Shown here: piece after piece, positions 1 through 14,700 of the stretch
Layout: each line of letters starts with the position of its first letter
Numbering within the stretch: the first letter of the stretch is position 1
Assembly: GCF_006345805.1 (NCBI RefSeq)
Contig: NC_042999.1
Coordinates: 10,416,001-10,480,000, forward strand
Source: Octopus sinensis
Lineage: Eukaryota
DNA: 64,000 nucleotides
Reading direction: 5' to 3'
Made by a program: the position numbers and the translations under genes
The notes under the pieces: generated by a model
Seen by the model: the letters and a program-made list of their open reading frames with translations, nothing else
Told to the model about the DNA's origin: nothing
Database searches by the model: none

Positions 1-155
<155 letters not shown>

Positions 156-449
156 TAAAATTCAGATCCAAAGTGACATTTCACATTTAATGATGTGACA
201 TCTTTTTTTTTTGTCATTAAGATAATCTATAATTACTGCATGGTGCTCAGGTGCACTACAAGATTATTAACAACAAAGCAACACAGAACTAACGAGTTTA
301 AAATGAAACATCAGTCCCCTATTTTTTCATCAAGTTTTGTAGCAATCTTGGCTTCATATTTTTTACTAGATTTTTACCAATTAACTTTTTCAAATAATTT
401 TCCAAAATTATTCTCTCCCTTCCCATTCATTAAACTGTCTTTTAATATT

Positions 450-679
450 TATTTCTTTACTACCCACAAGGGGCTAAACACAGAGGGGACAAACAAGAAC
501 AGACAAACGGATTAAGTCGATTACATCGACCCCAGTGCGTAACTGGTACTTAATTTATCGACCCCGAAAGGATGAAAGGTAAAGTGGACCTCGGTGGAAT
601 TTTAACTCAGAACGTAACGGCAGACGAAATACCGCTAAGTATTTCACCCGGCGCGCTAACGTTTCTGCCAGCTCGCCAC
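450..679 (-). mobile_element. tRNA-derived SINE, octopus family (GGCGAGCTGGCAGAAACGTTAGC head)
   Basis: Pol III A/B-box-like head and the conserved core CCTTTCATCCTTTCGGGGTCGATAAAT. Homologous copies at ~24945-25150, 35100-35313, 52410-52629, 55305-55612. Confidence 0.8.
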
Positions 680-2188
680 CCATATTGTTTAATTTTGAAC
701 ATTGACATTGCTTGGCCAAATAAACAAGCTAAGACCATCATCCTCATCATTTAACATCTGTCTTGGATGCCAGTATGGGTTTGACAGGATCCAGTGAGCC
801 ACAGAACGAACCATGTCAAGCCACAGTGTCTGCTTTGGCATGGTTTTCACAGCTGAATGTCCTTCCTAACGCCAACCACTTTACAGAATCTAGACTGTAT
901 GGTTTCCATGACAACAGCACGAATGTGGTTGCCAAGTAACACAGAAGAGAAAGAAGCAAGAAGTATTCGAATCTGGAACTCAAAGACTTATTTCAAAGAA
1001 TACTTGTGTTTTTTTCTTTTGTTTTTCTTTGCATGTCGTAAACTCCAAACAAAACCGGCTGAAATATTTAGAACGGGACAATCAGTGACACCATTAATTA
1101 AATTGAATAAGACAGATTCATGCTTAACGAATTTCTTGTCTATCAGGTTAATTACTATTCAAGTGTCTTCCTATAGAGGAGATACAGGGCTACCCCAGGG
1201 TGGGTGGGAGTAACTGGAAAGAAAATCAAAATGGTGGTGATAAGGTGTCAGAGCTTAGTAGAGGGTGAGTGGAAGAGAGAATGTGGGGGTGAGTGGAGGT
1301 TAAGTTCATTAGAGTGTGAGAGGAGAGTGGTGGGTGTAGAGGGTAATGTAGTGAGTGGGACAAGGATGGAGATATGGTGGATGGTATACTAGTGGTGGGG
1401 GAGGTGAATGAAAGGAGGGGGTGATGAGTGGCTGTATGGAGAGCAGCAGCAGTGTAATAGCTCATCTGTGGATGATCATTGTTTAATGTCTGCTTTCCAT
1501 GCTGGCATGGGTTGGATGGTTTGACAGGAGCTGGTCAGCTGCCCAGGGTCTATGTGTGTTTTGGTATGGTTTCTAAGGCTGGATACCCTTCCTAATGCCA
1601 ACCACTTCATAGAGTGTACTGGGTGATTTGTAGGGGACAGAGAAAGGGAGATGTAGAAGAATGGGTGTAAAAATGAGCCAATTTGTCTCAGTTTCTCTTC
1701 TTTCTGAATTATTAACTGCAAAGTTTTTAGGGTTTTTTTTATTTGCCCCCTCCTCTTCAGGATGTATTCTCCATTATTAATTCTATCTCTGTGTAATAAT
1801 ATCTGATGTAGATGTTGAGCAGTTGGTTGGTTTCTCCAGTCATGCTTTACATCATTTAGAGAGAAGGGGGGAGAGGGGTAAACAAAGGAGGTGCAGGAAG
1901 AGTGCATATACCAGACTTGGTGGCAGGCAATGAGTAAATGAATGCTACATACAGAGAAAGAATCATAGTGATAGAGGAGGGAGGGAAATAATTATTTCCT
2001 TTTCAAAATTAATATTCATTTCATCGTTTGGTATAAACAGCAAGCAATTTCATAAAAGCTGAATTGCTATTGTATGGAAGCCATATATTCTGGTATTACC
2101 CATGGGGGCAAAAGTATGTACTTCCAAAGTTACTCCTCATATGATTGGTGACCCTCGTTTACACGTGTGAATCTATTTCTTTTCTTAG

Positions 2189-2306
2189 GCTCCGCATTGT
2201 ACTCACATGAGGGCTGGCACCAAGATGGGAGACATTAACATGGTAGACACAGTCTTGAAGGATGGCTTAATTGACCCTTTTTACCAATATCACATGGGTA
2301 TAACAG
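2189..2306 (+). CDS. ACAT2: ACAT2 exon (118 bp)
   Basis: ttcttag acceptor; [39 protein letters not shown]; gtgag donor; phase fits both neighbours. Confidence 0.95.
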
Positions 2307-3003
2307 GTGAGATAATTACCTTTTTTTAATTTTTTCAATTTCTTAGTTTTTGGTTAATTCCTTTTAATCAAACAGTAATTGCTTGAGTCGTAGGATGCAC
2401 AAAATAAATTACTTTTAAGGATTTAATTTTTTCCATACCAACATTGAAAGCTTGGTTTTTACAATTATATCTAATTTTTTGCAAATTACAGAGCCGGGCA
2501 TGGCTGTGGGGTTAAGAAGTTTGTTCCCCAAACACATTGTTGCAAGTTCAGTCCCACTTTGCTGCCTTCTGTTATAGCCCCAGACCAGCCAAACACATGT
2601 GATAGGATTTGGTTGATGGAGACTGTACAGAAGCCCATCATATGTGTGTTTTGTGGGGTTGGGTATTTCCCTCACTTCCACTGGTTTGTAAGCAATGGCT
2701 TCCTGGCAATGTCGTTGGCTTGCAGTCCTCCACAAAACCATGTCCAAGCTTGTTGACACATTCCACAATCTTTCTAAACAAAAGACATGTCCAGTTCTCT
2801 GCACAAAACCTGTCCAAGCTGTTTGTTTTTTGATAGACTGGAAGGTAATTATCTCCCTTAAAAACAAGGGTTGGTGACAGGAAGAGCATCCAACTGTACA
2901 AAACTCTGCACCCCCCTTGTCTTACCCATGTAAACAGAAAAGTAAACACCAAAACAAGGAGGATGTCATAGAATTATTATTATTTACTGATGTGTGTATT
3001 TAC

Positions 3004-3203
3004 TTTTTTTTTTTCTAATTAAAACATGGAAAGTATCTTAACAAGTCAAAGTGAAAATTTAGGTTGTCTCTTATATTTATTGTTCTGCTCTTTTTATTTT
3101 TTTTTTTTCTAATTAAAACATGGAAAGTATCTTAACAAGTCAAAGTGAAAATTTAGGTTGTCTCTTATATTTATTGTTCTGCTCTTTTTATTTTTTTTTT
3201 TTC
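3004..3203. repeat. ~94-bp direct tandem duplication bounded by poly-T
   Basis: ctaattaaaacatggaaagtatc...gttctgctctttttattttt occurs at 3015 and again at 3109. Confidence 0.9.
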
Positions 3204-3639
3204 TGTCTAAGTCCCTTGGCTACTTCAGATAAATTAGGGAAATAGTTGGGCTGAAAATAGTCATTGAGCCAGAAGCACATGTCCACAGCTGTCCTCTTAT
3301 CTCCAGAAATAAACCTATCCTTTTCATTAATGGCATGGCAGTCTTGGAGAATATTATTTCCTTTCCTCAAGTGGAACTGGTCTTAATTGCTATTTGGTAA
3401 TTATGATATCTGCCCTAGAAGTGAAGATAATTTTAATAAATCAAGAATTTATGTTGTATGATATTTGATAGACCTGTATTAATCTAAGTAATACACCAAT
3501 AGATTGATCATCATCATCATCGTTTAATGTCCGCTTTCCATGCTAGCATGGGTTGGATGATTAGTTTAAATGAAATACGATTTCATTATAATTAGTGTCA
3601 GTTTATTTAAATGTCGTGCTTGAGGAAACCTATTGAGTC

Positions 3640-4010
3640 AAGTACAATAAAATCATTAAAATCAAATGGAAGTTGTAGTTGTGATCCCCGTGCTGGTGGC
3701 ACGTAAAAAGCATCATCTGAACATGTCTGATGCCAGCACTGCCTTGACTGGCTTCCATGCCACTAGCATGTAAAAAGCTCCAACCAATCGTGGCAGTTTG
3801 CCAGCCTCCTCTGACCCCTGTGCCAGTGGCACGTAAAAAAAGCACCTACTACACTCTCGGAGTGGTTGGCGTTAGGAAGGGCATCCAGCTATAAAAAGGC
3901 TACCAGATCAGACTGGAGCCTGGTGCAACCTCCTGACTTCCCAGACCCCAGTCGAACTGTCCAACCCATGCTAGCATGGAAAACGGATGCTAAATGATGA
4001 TGATGATGTC
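3640..4010 (+). mobile_element. 5'-truncated RTE LINE (3' UTR with (GAT)n tail)
   Basis: Ends ...ccaacccatgctagcatggaaaacggatgctaaatgatgatgatg, the same tail as the ORF-linked copy at 4450-5108. Confidence 0.8.
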
Positions 4011-4243
4011 ATTACACCAAGAAATACATTTTAAAACCCTTCAGACAAGACAACTACCTCATCAGATTGTGTGTCTGAAGTTATTCATATTTAGATAACA
4101 CCAACAGTGGTGCTAGAATGGGGCAGTTTTACCAAAAGAAAGCAGTGCTGTACCTCAAATAAAGTGAAAATTGTTTTGGAAGCCTCAAATTGTCTTCACT
4201 TTTATAAATACATCTTAACTTTGGAAATTCATTTTTCTCTCAG

Positions 4244-4387
4244 CTGAAAATGTTGCCCAGAAAATGAACATATCCCGCTCGGAGCAAGATCAATTTGCCG
4301 TCCTGTCTCAACAGAAATGTGATGCTGCCCAAGTCTCAGGACATTTTAAGAAAGAAATTGTTCCTGTTAGTGTCAAGACAAGAAATG
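4244..4387 (+). CDS. ACAT2: ACAT2 exon (144 bp)
   Basis: ctcag acceptor; (A)[47 protein letters not shown]; GT donor at 4388. Confidence 0.95.
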
Positions 4388-4449
4388 GTTTGTATTTTTT
4401 GTATATTTGTACCATTTATTGATAAAGTTGTCAGACTAAAAGATATAAA

Positions 4450-5108
4450 TGCGTAAGGACGAGAACAGTTGTGTAAAGAAGTGACAATCTCTGACTGTGG
4501 AGGGAACCTGTGGAAGAGGTAGACCCAGAGAGATTTGGGATGAGGTGGTGAAGCATGATCTTCAAATGCTGGGGCTTCGTGGAGGCAATGACTAGTGACC
4601 GAGACCTTTGGTGATACGCTCTGCTTGAGAAGACCCATCAAGCCAAGTGAGATTGCAGGCATGGCCAATGCCTGTCTCACATAACTGGCATTCATGCTGG
4701 TGGCATGTAAAAAGCAACCTTCGAACATTGGGCAATGTGCTGTGCTTGAGAAGACCTGCCAAGCCAAGTGAGACCATAGTCATGGCATGTAAAAAGCACC
4801 CTTTGAACTTTGGGCGTCATGGAGGCAGTGACAAGTGGCCGAGACCTTTGGTGATATACCATGCTTGAGAAGATTTGTCAAGCCAAGTGAGATTGCAGGC
4901 ATGGTTGATGCTGGTGTCACATAACTGGGCACCTGTGCTGGTGGCACGTAATAAGCATCCACTACACTCTTGGAGTGGCTGGCATTAGGAAGCGCATCCA
5001 GCTGTAGAAACCTTGCCAGATCAGATTGAAACCTGGTGCAGCTTACCAGTTTTCAGTCAAACTGTCCAACCCATGCCAGCATGGAAAATGGATGTTAAAT
5101 AATGATGG
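4450..5108 (+). mobile_element. RTE-clade LINE 3' end: degenerate ORF C-terminus, 3' UTR and (GAT)n tail
   Basis: Reads DENSCVKK*QSLTVEGTCGRGRP...WDEVVKHDL...MTSDRDLW. This overlaps and continues the RTE ORF at 63570-64000 (DEDSCVKKCHTL) and runs into the 3' UTR that is repeated throughout the window. Confidence 0.8.
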
Positions 5109-5931
5109 CAGTTAAAATGTGTCTCAATACTTAGTTTTAGCTTTTTGATTCTAAATTCCATTTCTGCTGATCTCAACTTTGGATCACATTCTATTGGAAT
5201 CCATGAAATAAGTACCTGGCATATAATGAAATTAATTTAATCAGCAATGTTGTTGTTCTTGTATATTTATTCCTGCCCCAACTCAACCAACGTTCAATAG
5301 AAGAGAGCTCTCAATGGTCACCAGGTTTTGGTCTCCTACACACCTCCTCAGTGTACAACTCTCCATCAATACTCATTACCTTGACGTTCCCCTGTTTTAT
5401 AAGAGTCAACCATGGAATTCAAATTCTGGCTGTTTGAGAGAGAGAGAATAAGCTGAAGTGAAGATTCACCAAACATCTCTCTCTCTAATATCTCTCTAGA
5501 TGTCACTTGAATATCCTGCCATTGTTTGCTGTGACATCAAAAAACATTTTGATATTCTAGAACAACATAATCCTATTTCTAACTCTACTGACATCACAAC
5601 TGTATGACTAATTCAAACTATGACATCACAACTATATCTGTTGTTTCAAGCATTTGTCGCATAAAAAGCACCCTTTACACTCTGTAAAGTGGTTGGCATT
5701 CGGAGGGGCATCCATCTGTAGAAACCAAACAAAAACAGACTGGCCCTGCCAATTCCTGTCAAGGCAACCAACCCATGCCAGCATGGAAAACAGACATTCA
5801 GTGATGACGATGATTCCAACCATTATAACATTACGACCAACCTTTCTTCTTTTATTCACCTCATTCTTAAAACAATTCTCTTCGACACTAAGCATCTTTC
5901 CATTCCATAAATATTTATTCCACTTTTACAG

Positions 5932-6051
5932 GAGAATTAATTGTTGACAAAGATGAATTTCCTCGGCCCAATTCTACAACTGAGGCACTGGCGAAGCTAA
6001 AACCTTGCTTCGTAAAAGAGAATGGAACAGTTACTGCTGGGAATGCTTCTG
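5932..6051 (+). CDS. ACAT2: ACAT2 exon (120 bp)
   Basis: ttttacag acceptor; (G)[39 protein letters not shown]; gtaag donor. Confidence 0.95.
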
Positions 6052-6850
6052 GTAAGTTTAGAATCTCTGACAATCAGCTCCATTGACTGAAAGCATCGCA
6101 TTCTGACTTGAAATACTAGAACAGTAAATTATTCTAGGATCTTGTGGCATCTAATGTACATTTGTTGAGGCTTCCAAACCTCAGGTCACCTGTTCAATCA
6201 ATCATTGAAGGATGAAAAATTAAACACTCAAAATGGAGCAGACATGGCTGGCTGTGTGGTTAAGAAGGTTGCTTCCTGGCCATGAGGATTTGGGGTTCAG
6301 TCTCATTTCAGGGCACTTTGGGAAAGTGTCTTTTAGAGCTCCTGGGTAACCAAAACCTTATAAATGGATTTTGGAGTGAGAAACTGAAGGAAGCCTTTTT
6401 TTGTGTGTGTGTGTGTGTGTATCTCGTTGTCTTGACATCATATAATAGTTGTAACTGAGTGTCACCCTTATGCAAGCAGTGTTATCAGCTTCCAGTCTTC
6501 GATGATGTGAGATAATGTTACCTTGCTTGGAAACAGGTGAGGGTCTGTGACAGGATGGGTATCCAGCTGTAGGGAAACCTGCCACAACAAATTCCATCTG
6601 ATCCATGCAGGCGCAAAGAACTAGATGTTAAAGGATGATGTTGTGTGCTCTGAGAATCAGTCTTTTAATCAAAAACATTCCATTCATGACCATCCTATCT
6701 TTCAGGTATAATGTATCTAAGACTACATTATCAAAGGTGTCCTCTTTTTCTCTTTTGCAAATAGTAAAGTGTGATTTGAGGGGTTTTTGGTTGCTATGTT
6801 TAACATATTGAGTGATCACCAAGTCTTTTGATAATTGGCACATGTTTTAA

Positions 6851-7063
<213 letters not shown>

Positions 7064-7156
7064 TAAATTCCTCAATTTACTAAAAACTTCCCATTAGTTG
7101 TGTTCTGTATTGTGAGTTCAAACCCTACTAAGGTCGGTTTTGACTTTCAAACATGC

Positions 7157-7515
7157 ATCATCATCATCGTTTAACGTCCGCTTTCCATGCTGGCATGGGT
7201 TGGACGATTTGACAGAGGGCTGGTGAACCAGATGGCTGCACCAGGCTCCAATCTGATCTGGCAGAATTTCTACAGCTGGATGCCCTTCCTAATGCCAATC
7301 CCTCCAAGCGTGTAGTGGGTGCTTTTTACATGCCACCAGCACGGGAGCCAGTCTTCCTGTCACCAACCCTTGTTTTTATGGGAGGTAATTACCTTCCAGT
7401 CTATCAAACAACGGACAGCTTGGACAGGTTTTGTGCAGACCACATTCAAATGGTGCTTTTGACTTGCCACCGACATGGGAGCCAGTCAGGGGCCACTGGC
7501 ATCGACCACATTCGG
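7157..7515 (-). mobile_element. RTE LINE 3' UTR fragment with an inserted ~88-bp foreign segment
   Basis: catcatcatcgtttaacgtccgctttccatgc start (tail on the minus strand). 7352-7438 is an inverted copy of 2796-2885. Confidence 0.75.
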
Positions 7516-8236
7516 GGCCTATAAAATAAATTCACTTGACTATATTTATGTGAGGAAATGGTGAAATGATAGCAAAAACAGTAAAATGCCTGGTGGTGTT
7601 ATAGTCAGGTTCCTTTGTTCTGAATTCAGATCCCACTACCATTACTGTAGCAAGTCCCTGTTGAAGTTTATTACCAAATAAGGCAGTCTTACATTAGAAC
7701 ATTGATATTTCTGTACCAAAAGACAGTATTTTTATGTTTAAAGTTTAATATTTTTATTCATACCTGTGTCTGTGTGTCCAGACATAGATACACATCTCCA
7801 TCATCAAGCATCCATTTACCATTCTATGATGCAGTGGATACTTCAACAGGCACCGGCAAGTCAGAGGAATACACCAAGCTCCAATATCTGGATTCTATGA
7901 TTGGATGGTTTTCCTAAGGTCAGCCACTTTACAGAATGCTTTGGGTCTTTTTAAGGAGCCCTGGCATTGGTGTAGTCACCGAGTAACTTGCAAGACAGGA
8001 CCCTCAACTGAAGGGAGAGCCATATTGAGGTGGCTTAATGTCAGGTGATGAGAGGTTAAGGTATGGTAGACAGGGACAGGTGTTTTGCTGAAGGGGAAAT
8101 GCATAGTTACACCATTTATGGAGATGCTTCAGAGCCTATCCTCAAATTACAGGAAGGTGAATAGGAGAAGTGGTACAGGTGGATAAGTTCACTGGAGTAT
8201 GAGAGGTGTGCGGCAGATGGATTGAGTTGATGTTAG

Positions 8237-8443
<207 letters not shown>

Positions 8444-8740
8444 TAAAAATTCCATCATAGTTTGTCTGGATCCATTTCATTTGACATTGATTACCTTTTT
8501 GTCTTACTAAATTATCTCCCCTCTTCTAACACCAAGTCTTTCACTTGCCTCCCCACCACACACACTACATCAGTCTCTACCCTTATTCTTGTGCAATCTG
8601 CTCACAAACACATAATTTCCCTCTCTCTCTCTCTCTCTCTCTCTCTCATCCTTCTCCTATTTACTATATTATCAATAATATTGATATGCTAACTTTTTGT
8701 TTTTGTATGTATGTAATGTATGTATCTTGTGGTGTGTGTC

Positions 8741-11700
8741 CCAGTCAGGTGGCGCTGGCATAAACCATGTTCAGATGGTGCCTTTTACGTGCTACCGGCA
8801 CATGAGCCAGTCGGGGCAGGGAGGCTGGCATCGACCATGTTCAGATGGTGCCTTTTACGTGCTACCGGCACATGAGCCAGTCGGGGCAGGGAGGCTGGCA
8901 TCGACCATGTTCAGATGGTGCATTTTACATGCTACCGGCACATGAGCCAGTCGGGGCAGGGAGGGAGGCTGGCATCGACCACGTTCAGATGGTGCCTTTT
9001 ACATGCTGCCGGCACATGAGCCAGTCGGGGCAGGGAGGCTGGCATCGACCACGTTCAGATGGTGCCTTTTACGTGCTACCGGCACATGAGCCAGTCGGGG
9101 CAGGGAGGCTGGCATCGACCACGTTCAGATGGTGCATTTTACATGCTACCGGCACATGAGCCAGTCGGGGCAGGGAGGCTGGCATCGACCACGTTCAGAT
9201 GGTGCCTTTTACGTGCTACCGGCACATGAGCCAGTCGGGGCAGGGAGGCTGGCATCGACCACGTTCAGATGGTGCCTTTTACGTGCTACCGGCACATGAG
9301 CCAGTCGGGGCAGGGAAGCTGGCATCGACCATGTTCAGATGGTGCATTTTACATGCTACCGGCACATGAGCCAGTCGGGGCAGGGAGGCTGGCATCGACC
9401 ACGTTCAGATGGTGCCTTTTACGTGCTACCGGCACATGAGCCAGTCGGGGCAGGGAGGCTGGCATCGACCACGTTCTTATGGTGCCTTTTACATGCTACC
9501 GGCACATGAGCCAGTCGGGGCAGGGAGGCTGGCATCGACCATGTTCAGATGGTGCATTTTACATGCTACCGGCACATGAGCCAGTCGGGGCAGGGAGGCT
9601 GGCATCGACCATGTTCAGATGGTGCATTTTACGTGCTACCGGCACATGAGCCAGTCGGGGCAGGGAGGCTGGCATCGACCATGTTCAGATGGTGCATTTT
9701 ACATGCTACCGGCACATGAGCCAGTCGGGGCAGGGAGGCTGGCATCGACCACGTTCAGATGGTGCCTTTTACATGCTACCGGCACATGAGCCAGTCGGGG
9801 CAGGGAGGCTGGCATCGACCATGTTCAGATGGTGCATTTTACATGCTACCGGCACATGAGCCAGTCGGGGCAGGGAGGCTGGCATCGACCATGTTCAGAT
9901 GGTGCCTTTTACGTGCTACCGGCACATGAGCCAGTCGGGGCAGGGAGGCTGGCATCGACCATGTTCAGATGGTGCATTTTACATGCTACCGGCACATGAG
10001 CCAGTCGGGGCAGGGAGGCTGGCATCGACCACGTTCAGATGGTGCCTTTTACATGCTACCGGCACATGAGCCAGTCGGGGCAGGGAGGCTGGCATCGACC
10101 ACGTTCAGATGGTGCCTTTTACGTGCTACCGGCACATGAGCCAGTCGGGGCAGGGAGGCTGGCATCGACCACGTTCAGATGGTGCCTTTTACGTGCTACC
10201 GGCACATGAGCCAGTCGGGGCAGGGAGGCTGGCATCGACCACGTTCAGATGGTGCCTTTTACGTGCTACCGGCACATGAGCCAGTCGGGGCAGGGAGGCT
10301 GGCATCGACCACGTTCAGATGGTGCCTTTTACATGCTACCGGCACATGAGCCAGTCGGGGCAGGGAGGCTGGCATCGACCATGTTCAGATGGTGCATTTT
10401 ACATGCTACCGGCACATGAGCCAGTCGGGGCAGGGAGGCTGGCATCGACCATGTTCAGATGGTGCCTTTTACGTGCTACCGGCACATGAGCCAGTCGGGG
10501 CAGGGAGGCTGGCATCGACCATGTTCAGATGGTGCATTTTACATGCTACCGGCACATGAGCCAGTCGGGGCAGGGAGGCTGGCATCGACCATGTTCAGAT
10601 GGTGCCTTTTACGTGCTACCGGCACATGAGCCAGTCGGGGCAGGGAGGCTGGCATCGACCATGTTCAGATGGTGCCTTTTACGTGCTACCGCACATGAGC
10701 CAGTCGGGGCAGGAGGCTGGCATCGACCATGTTCAGATGGTGCATTTTACATGCTACCGGCACATGAGCCAGTCGGGGCAGGGAGGCTGGCATGAACCAT
10801 GTTCAGATGGTGCATTTTACGTGCTACCGGCACATGAGCCAGTCGGGGCAGGGAGGCTGGCATCGACCACGTTCAGATGGTGCCTTTTACATGCTGCCGG
10901 CACATGAGCCAGTCGGGGCAGGGAGGCTGGCATCGACCACGTTCAGATGGTGCCTTTTAGATGCTACCGGCACATGAGCCAGTCGGGGCAGGGAGGCTGG
11001 CATCGACCATGTTCAGATGGTGCATTTTACATGCTACCGGCACATGAGCCAGTCGGGGCAGGGAGGCTGGCATCGACCATGTTCAGATGGTGCTTTTACG
11101 TGCTACCGGCACATGAGCCAGTCGGGGCAGGGAGGCTGGCATCGACCACGTTCAGATGGTGCCTTTCACGTGCTACCGGCACATGAGCCAGTCGGGGCAG
11201 GGAGGCTGGCATAAACCATGTTCAGATGGTGCATTTTACGTGCTACCGGCACATGAGCCAGTCGGGGCAGGGAGGCTGGCATCGACCACGTTCAGATGGT
11301 GCCTTTTAGATGCTACCGGCACATGAGCCAGTCGGGGCAGGGAGGCTGGCATCGACCATGTTCAGATGGTGCATTTTACATGCTACCGGCACATGAGCCA
11401 GTCGGGGCAGGGAGGCTGGCATCGACCATGTTCAGATGGTGCTTTTACGTGCTACCGGCACATGAGCCAGTCGGGGCAGGGAGGCTGGCATCGACCACGT
11501 TCAGATGGTGCCTTTCACGTGCTACCGGCACATGAGCCAGTCGGGGCAGGGAGGCTGGCATGAACCATGTTCAGATGGTGCATTTTACGTGCTACCGGCA
11601 CATGAGCCAGTCGGGGCAGGGAGGCTGGCATCGACCACGTTCAGATGGTGCCTTTTACATGCTACCGGCACATGAGCCAGTCGGGGCAGGGAGGCTGGCA

Positions 11701-14700
11701 TCGACCATGTTCAGATGGTGCATTTTACATTCTACCGGCACATGAGCCAGTCGGGGCAGGGAGGCTGGCATCGACCATGTTCAGATGGTGCATTTTACAT
11801 GCTACCGGCACATGAGCCAGTCGGGGCAGGGAGGCTGGCATCGACCATGTTCAGATGGTGCATTTTACATTCTACCGGCACATGAGCCAGTCGGGGCAGG
11901 GAGGCTGGCATCGACCATGTTCAGATGGTGCATTTTACATGCTACCGGCACATGAGCCAGTCGGGGCAGGGAGGCTGGCATCGACCATGTTCAGATGGTG
12001 CATTTTACATGCTACCGGCACATGAGCCAGTCGGGGCGGGGAGGCTGGCATCGACCATGTTCAGATGGTGCATTTTACATGCTACCGGCACATGAGCCAG
12101 TCGGGGCGGGGAGGCTGGCATCGACCATGTTCAGATGGTGCATTTTACATGCTACCGGCACATGAGCCAGTCGGGGCAGGGAGGCTGGCATCGACCATGT
12201 TCAGATGGTGCATTTTACATGCTACCGGCACATGAGCCAGTCGGGGCGGGGAGGCTGGCATCGACCATGTTCAGATGGTGCATTTTACATGCTACCGGCA
12301 CATGAGCCAGTCGGGGCAGGGAGGCTGGCATCGACCATGTTCAGATGGTGCATTTTACATGCTACCGGCACATGAGCCAGTCGGGGCAGGGAGGCTGGCA
12401 TCGACCATGTTCAGATGGTGCATTTTACATTCTACCGGCACATGAGCCAGTCGGGGGCAGGGAGGCTGGCATCGACCATGTTCAGATGGTGCATTTTACA
12501 TTCTACCGGCACATGAGCCAGTCGGGGCAGGGAGGCTGGCATCGACCATGTTCAGATGGTGCCTTTTACGTGCTACCGGCACATGAGCCAGTCGGGGCAG
12601 GGAGGCTGGCATCGACCATGTTCAGATGGTGCATTTTACATGCTACCGGCACATGAGCCAGTCGGGGCAGGGAGGCTGGCATCGACCATGTTCAGATGGT
12701 GCATTTTACATGCTACCGGCACATGAGCCAGTCGGGGCAGGGAGGCTGGCATCGACCATGTTCAGATGGTGCATTTTACATGCTACCAGCACATGAGCCA
12801 GTCGGGGCAGGGAGGCTGGCATCGACCATGTTCAGATGGTGCATTTTACATGCTACCGGCACATGAGCCAGTCGGGGCAGGGAGGCTGGCATCGACCATG
12901 TTCAGATGGTGCATTTTACATGCTACCGGCACATGAGCCAGTCGGGGCAGGGAGGCTGGCATCGACCATGTTCAGATGGTGCATTTTACATGCTACCGGC
13001 ACATGAGCCAGTCGGGGCAGGGAGGCTGGCATCGACCATGTTCAGATGGTGCATTTTACATGCTACCGGCACATGAGCCAGTCGGGGCAGGGAGGCTGGC
13101 ATCGACCATGTTCAGATGGTGCATTTTACATGCTACCGGCACATGAGCCAGTCGGGGCAGGGAGGCTGGCATCGACCATGTTCAGATGGTGCATTTTACA
13201 TGCTACCGGCACATGAGCCAGTCGGGGCAGGGAGGCTGGCATCGACCATGTTCAGATGGTGCCTTTTACATGCTACCGGCACATGAGCCAGTTGGGGCAG
13301 GGAGGCTGGCATAAACCATATTCAGATGGTGCCTTTTACGTGCTACCGGCACATGAGCCAGTCGGGGCAGGGAGGCTGGCATCGACCATGTTCAGATGGT
13401 GCATTTTACATCATACCGGCACATGAGCCAGTCGGGGCAGGGAGGCTGGCATCGACCATGTTCAGATGGTGCCTTTTACGTGCTACCGGCACATGAGCCA
13501 GTCGGGGCAGGGAGGCTGGCATCGACCATGTTCAGATGGTGCATTTTACATCATACCGGCACATGAGCCAGTCGGGGCAGGGAGGCTGGCATAAACCATG
13601 TTCAGATGGTGCCTTTTACGTGCTACCGGCGCATGAGCCAGTCGGGGCAGGGAGGCTGGCATAAACATGTTCAGATGGTGCATTTTACATGCTACCGGCA
13701 CATGAGCCAGTCGGGGCAGGGAGGCTGGCATCGACCACGTTCAGATGGTGCCTTTCACGTGCTACCGGCACATGAGCGAGTCGGGGCAGGGAGGCTGGCA
13801 TCGACCACGTTCAGATGGTGCCTTTCACGTGCTACCGGCGCATGAGCCAGTCGGGGCAGGGAGGCTGGCATCGACCACGTTCAGATGGTGCCTTTTACAT
13901 GCTACCAGCACATGAGCCAGTCGGGGCAGGGAGGCTGGCATAAACCATTTTCAGATGGTGCATTTTACATGCTACCGGCACATGAGCCAGTCGGGGCAGG
14001 GAGGCTGGCATCGACCATGTTCAGATGGTGCATTTTACATGCTACCGGCACATGAGCCAGTCGGGGCAGGGAGGCTGGCATCGACCATGTTCAGATGGTG
14101 CCTTCTACGTGCTACCGGCACATGAGCCAGTTGGGGCAGGGAGGCTGGCATAAACCATGTTCAGATGGTGCATTTTACATGCTACCGGCACATGAGCCAG
14201 TCGGGGCAGGGAGGCTGGCATCGACCATGTTCAGATGGTGCATTTTACATGCTACCGGCACATGAGCCAGTCGGGGCAGGGGGAGGCTGGCATCGACCAC
14301 GTTCAGATGGTGCCTTTCACGTGCTACCGGCACATGAGCCAGTCGGGGCAGGGAGGCTGGCATATAAACCATGTTCAGATGGTGCTTTACATGCTACCGG
14401 CACATGAGCCAGTCGGGGCAGGGAGGTGCTGGCCATCGACCACGTTCAGAGTGCCTTTACAGTGCTACCGGCACATGAGCCAGTCGGGGCAGGGAGGCTG
14501 GCATCGACCACGTTCAGATGGTGCCTTTTACATGCTACCGGCACATGAGCCAGTCGGGGCAGGGAGGCTGGCATAAACCATGTTCAGATGGTGCCTTTCA
14601 CGTGCTACCGGCACATGAGCCAGTCGGGGCAGGGAGGCTGGCATCGACCACGTTCAGATGGTGACTTTTACGTGCTACCGGCACATGAGCCAGTCGGGGC

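Noticed and set aside
450-679. tRNA genes (also near 27100 and 57930)
   Set aside because: These are A/B-box-like SINE heads with no complete cloverleaf, attached to multi-copy SINE bodies.
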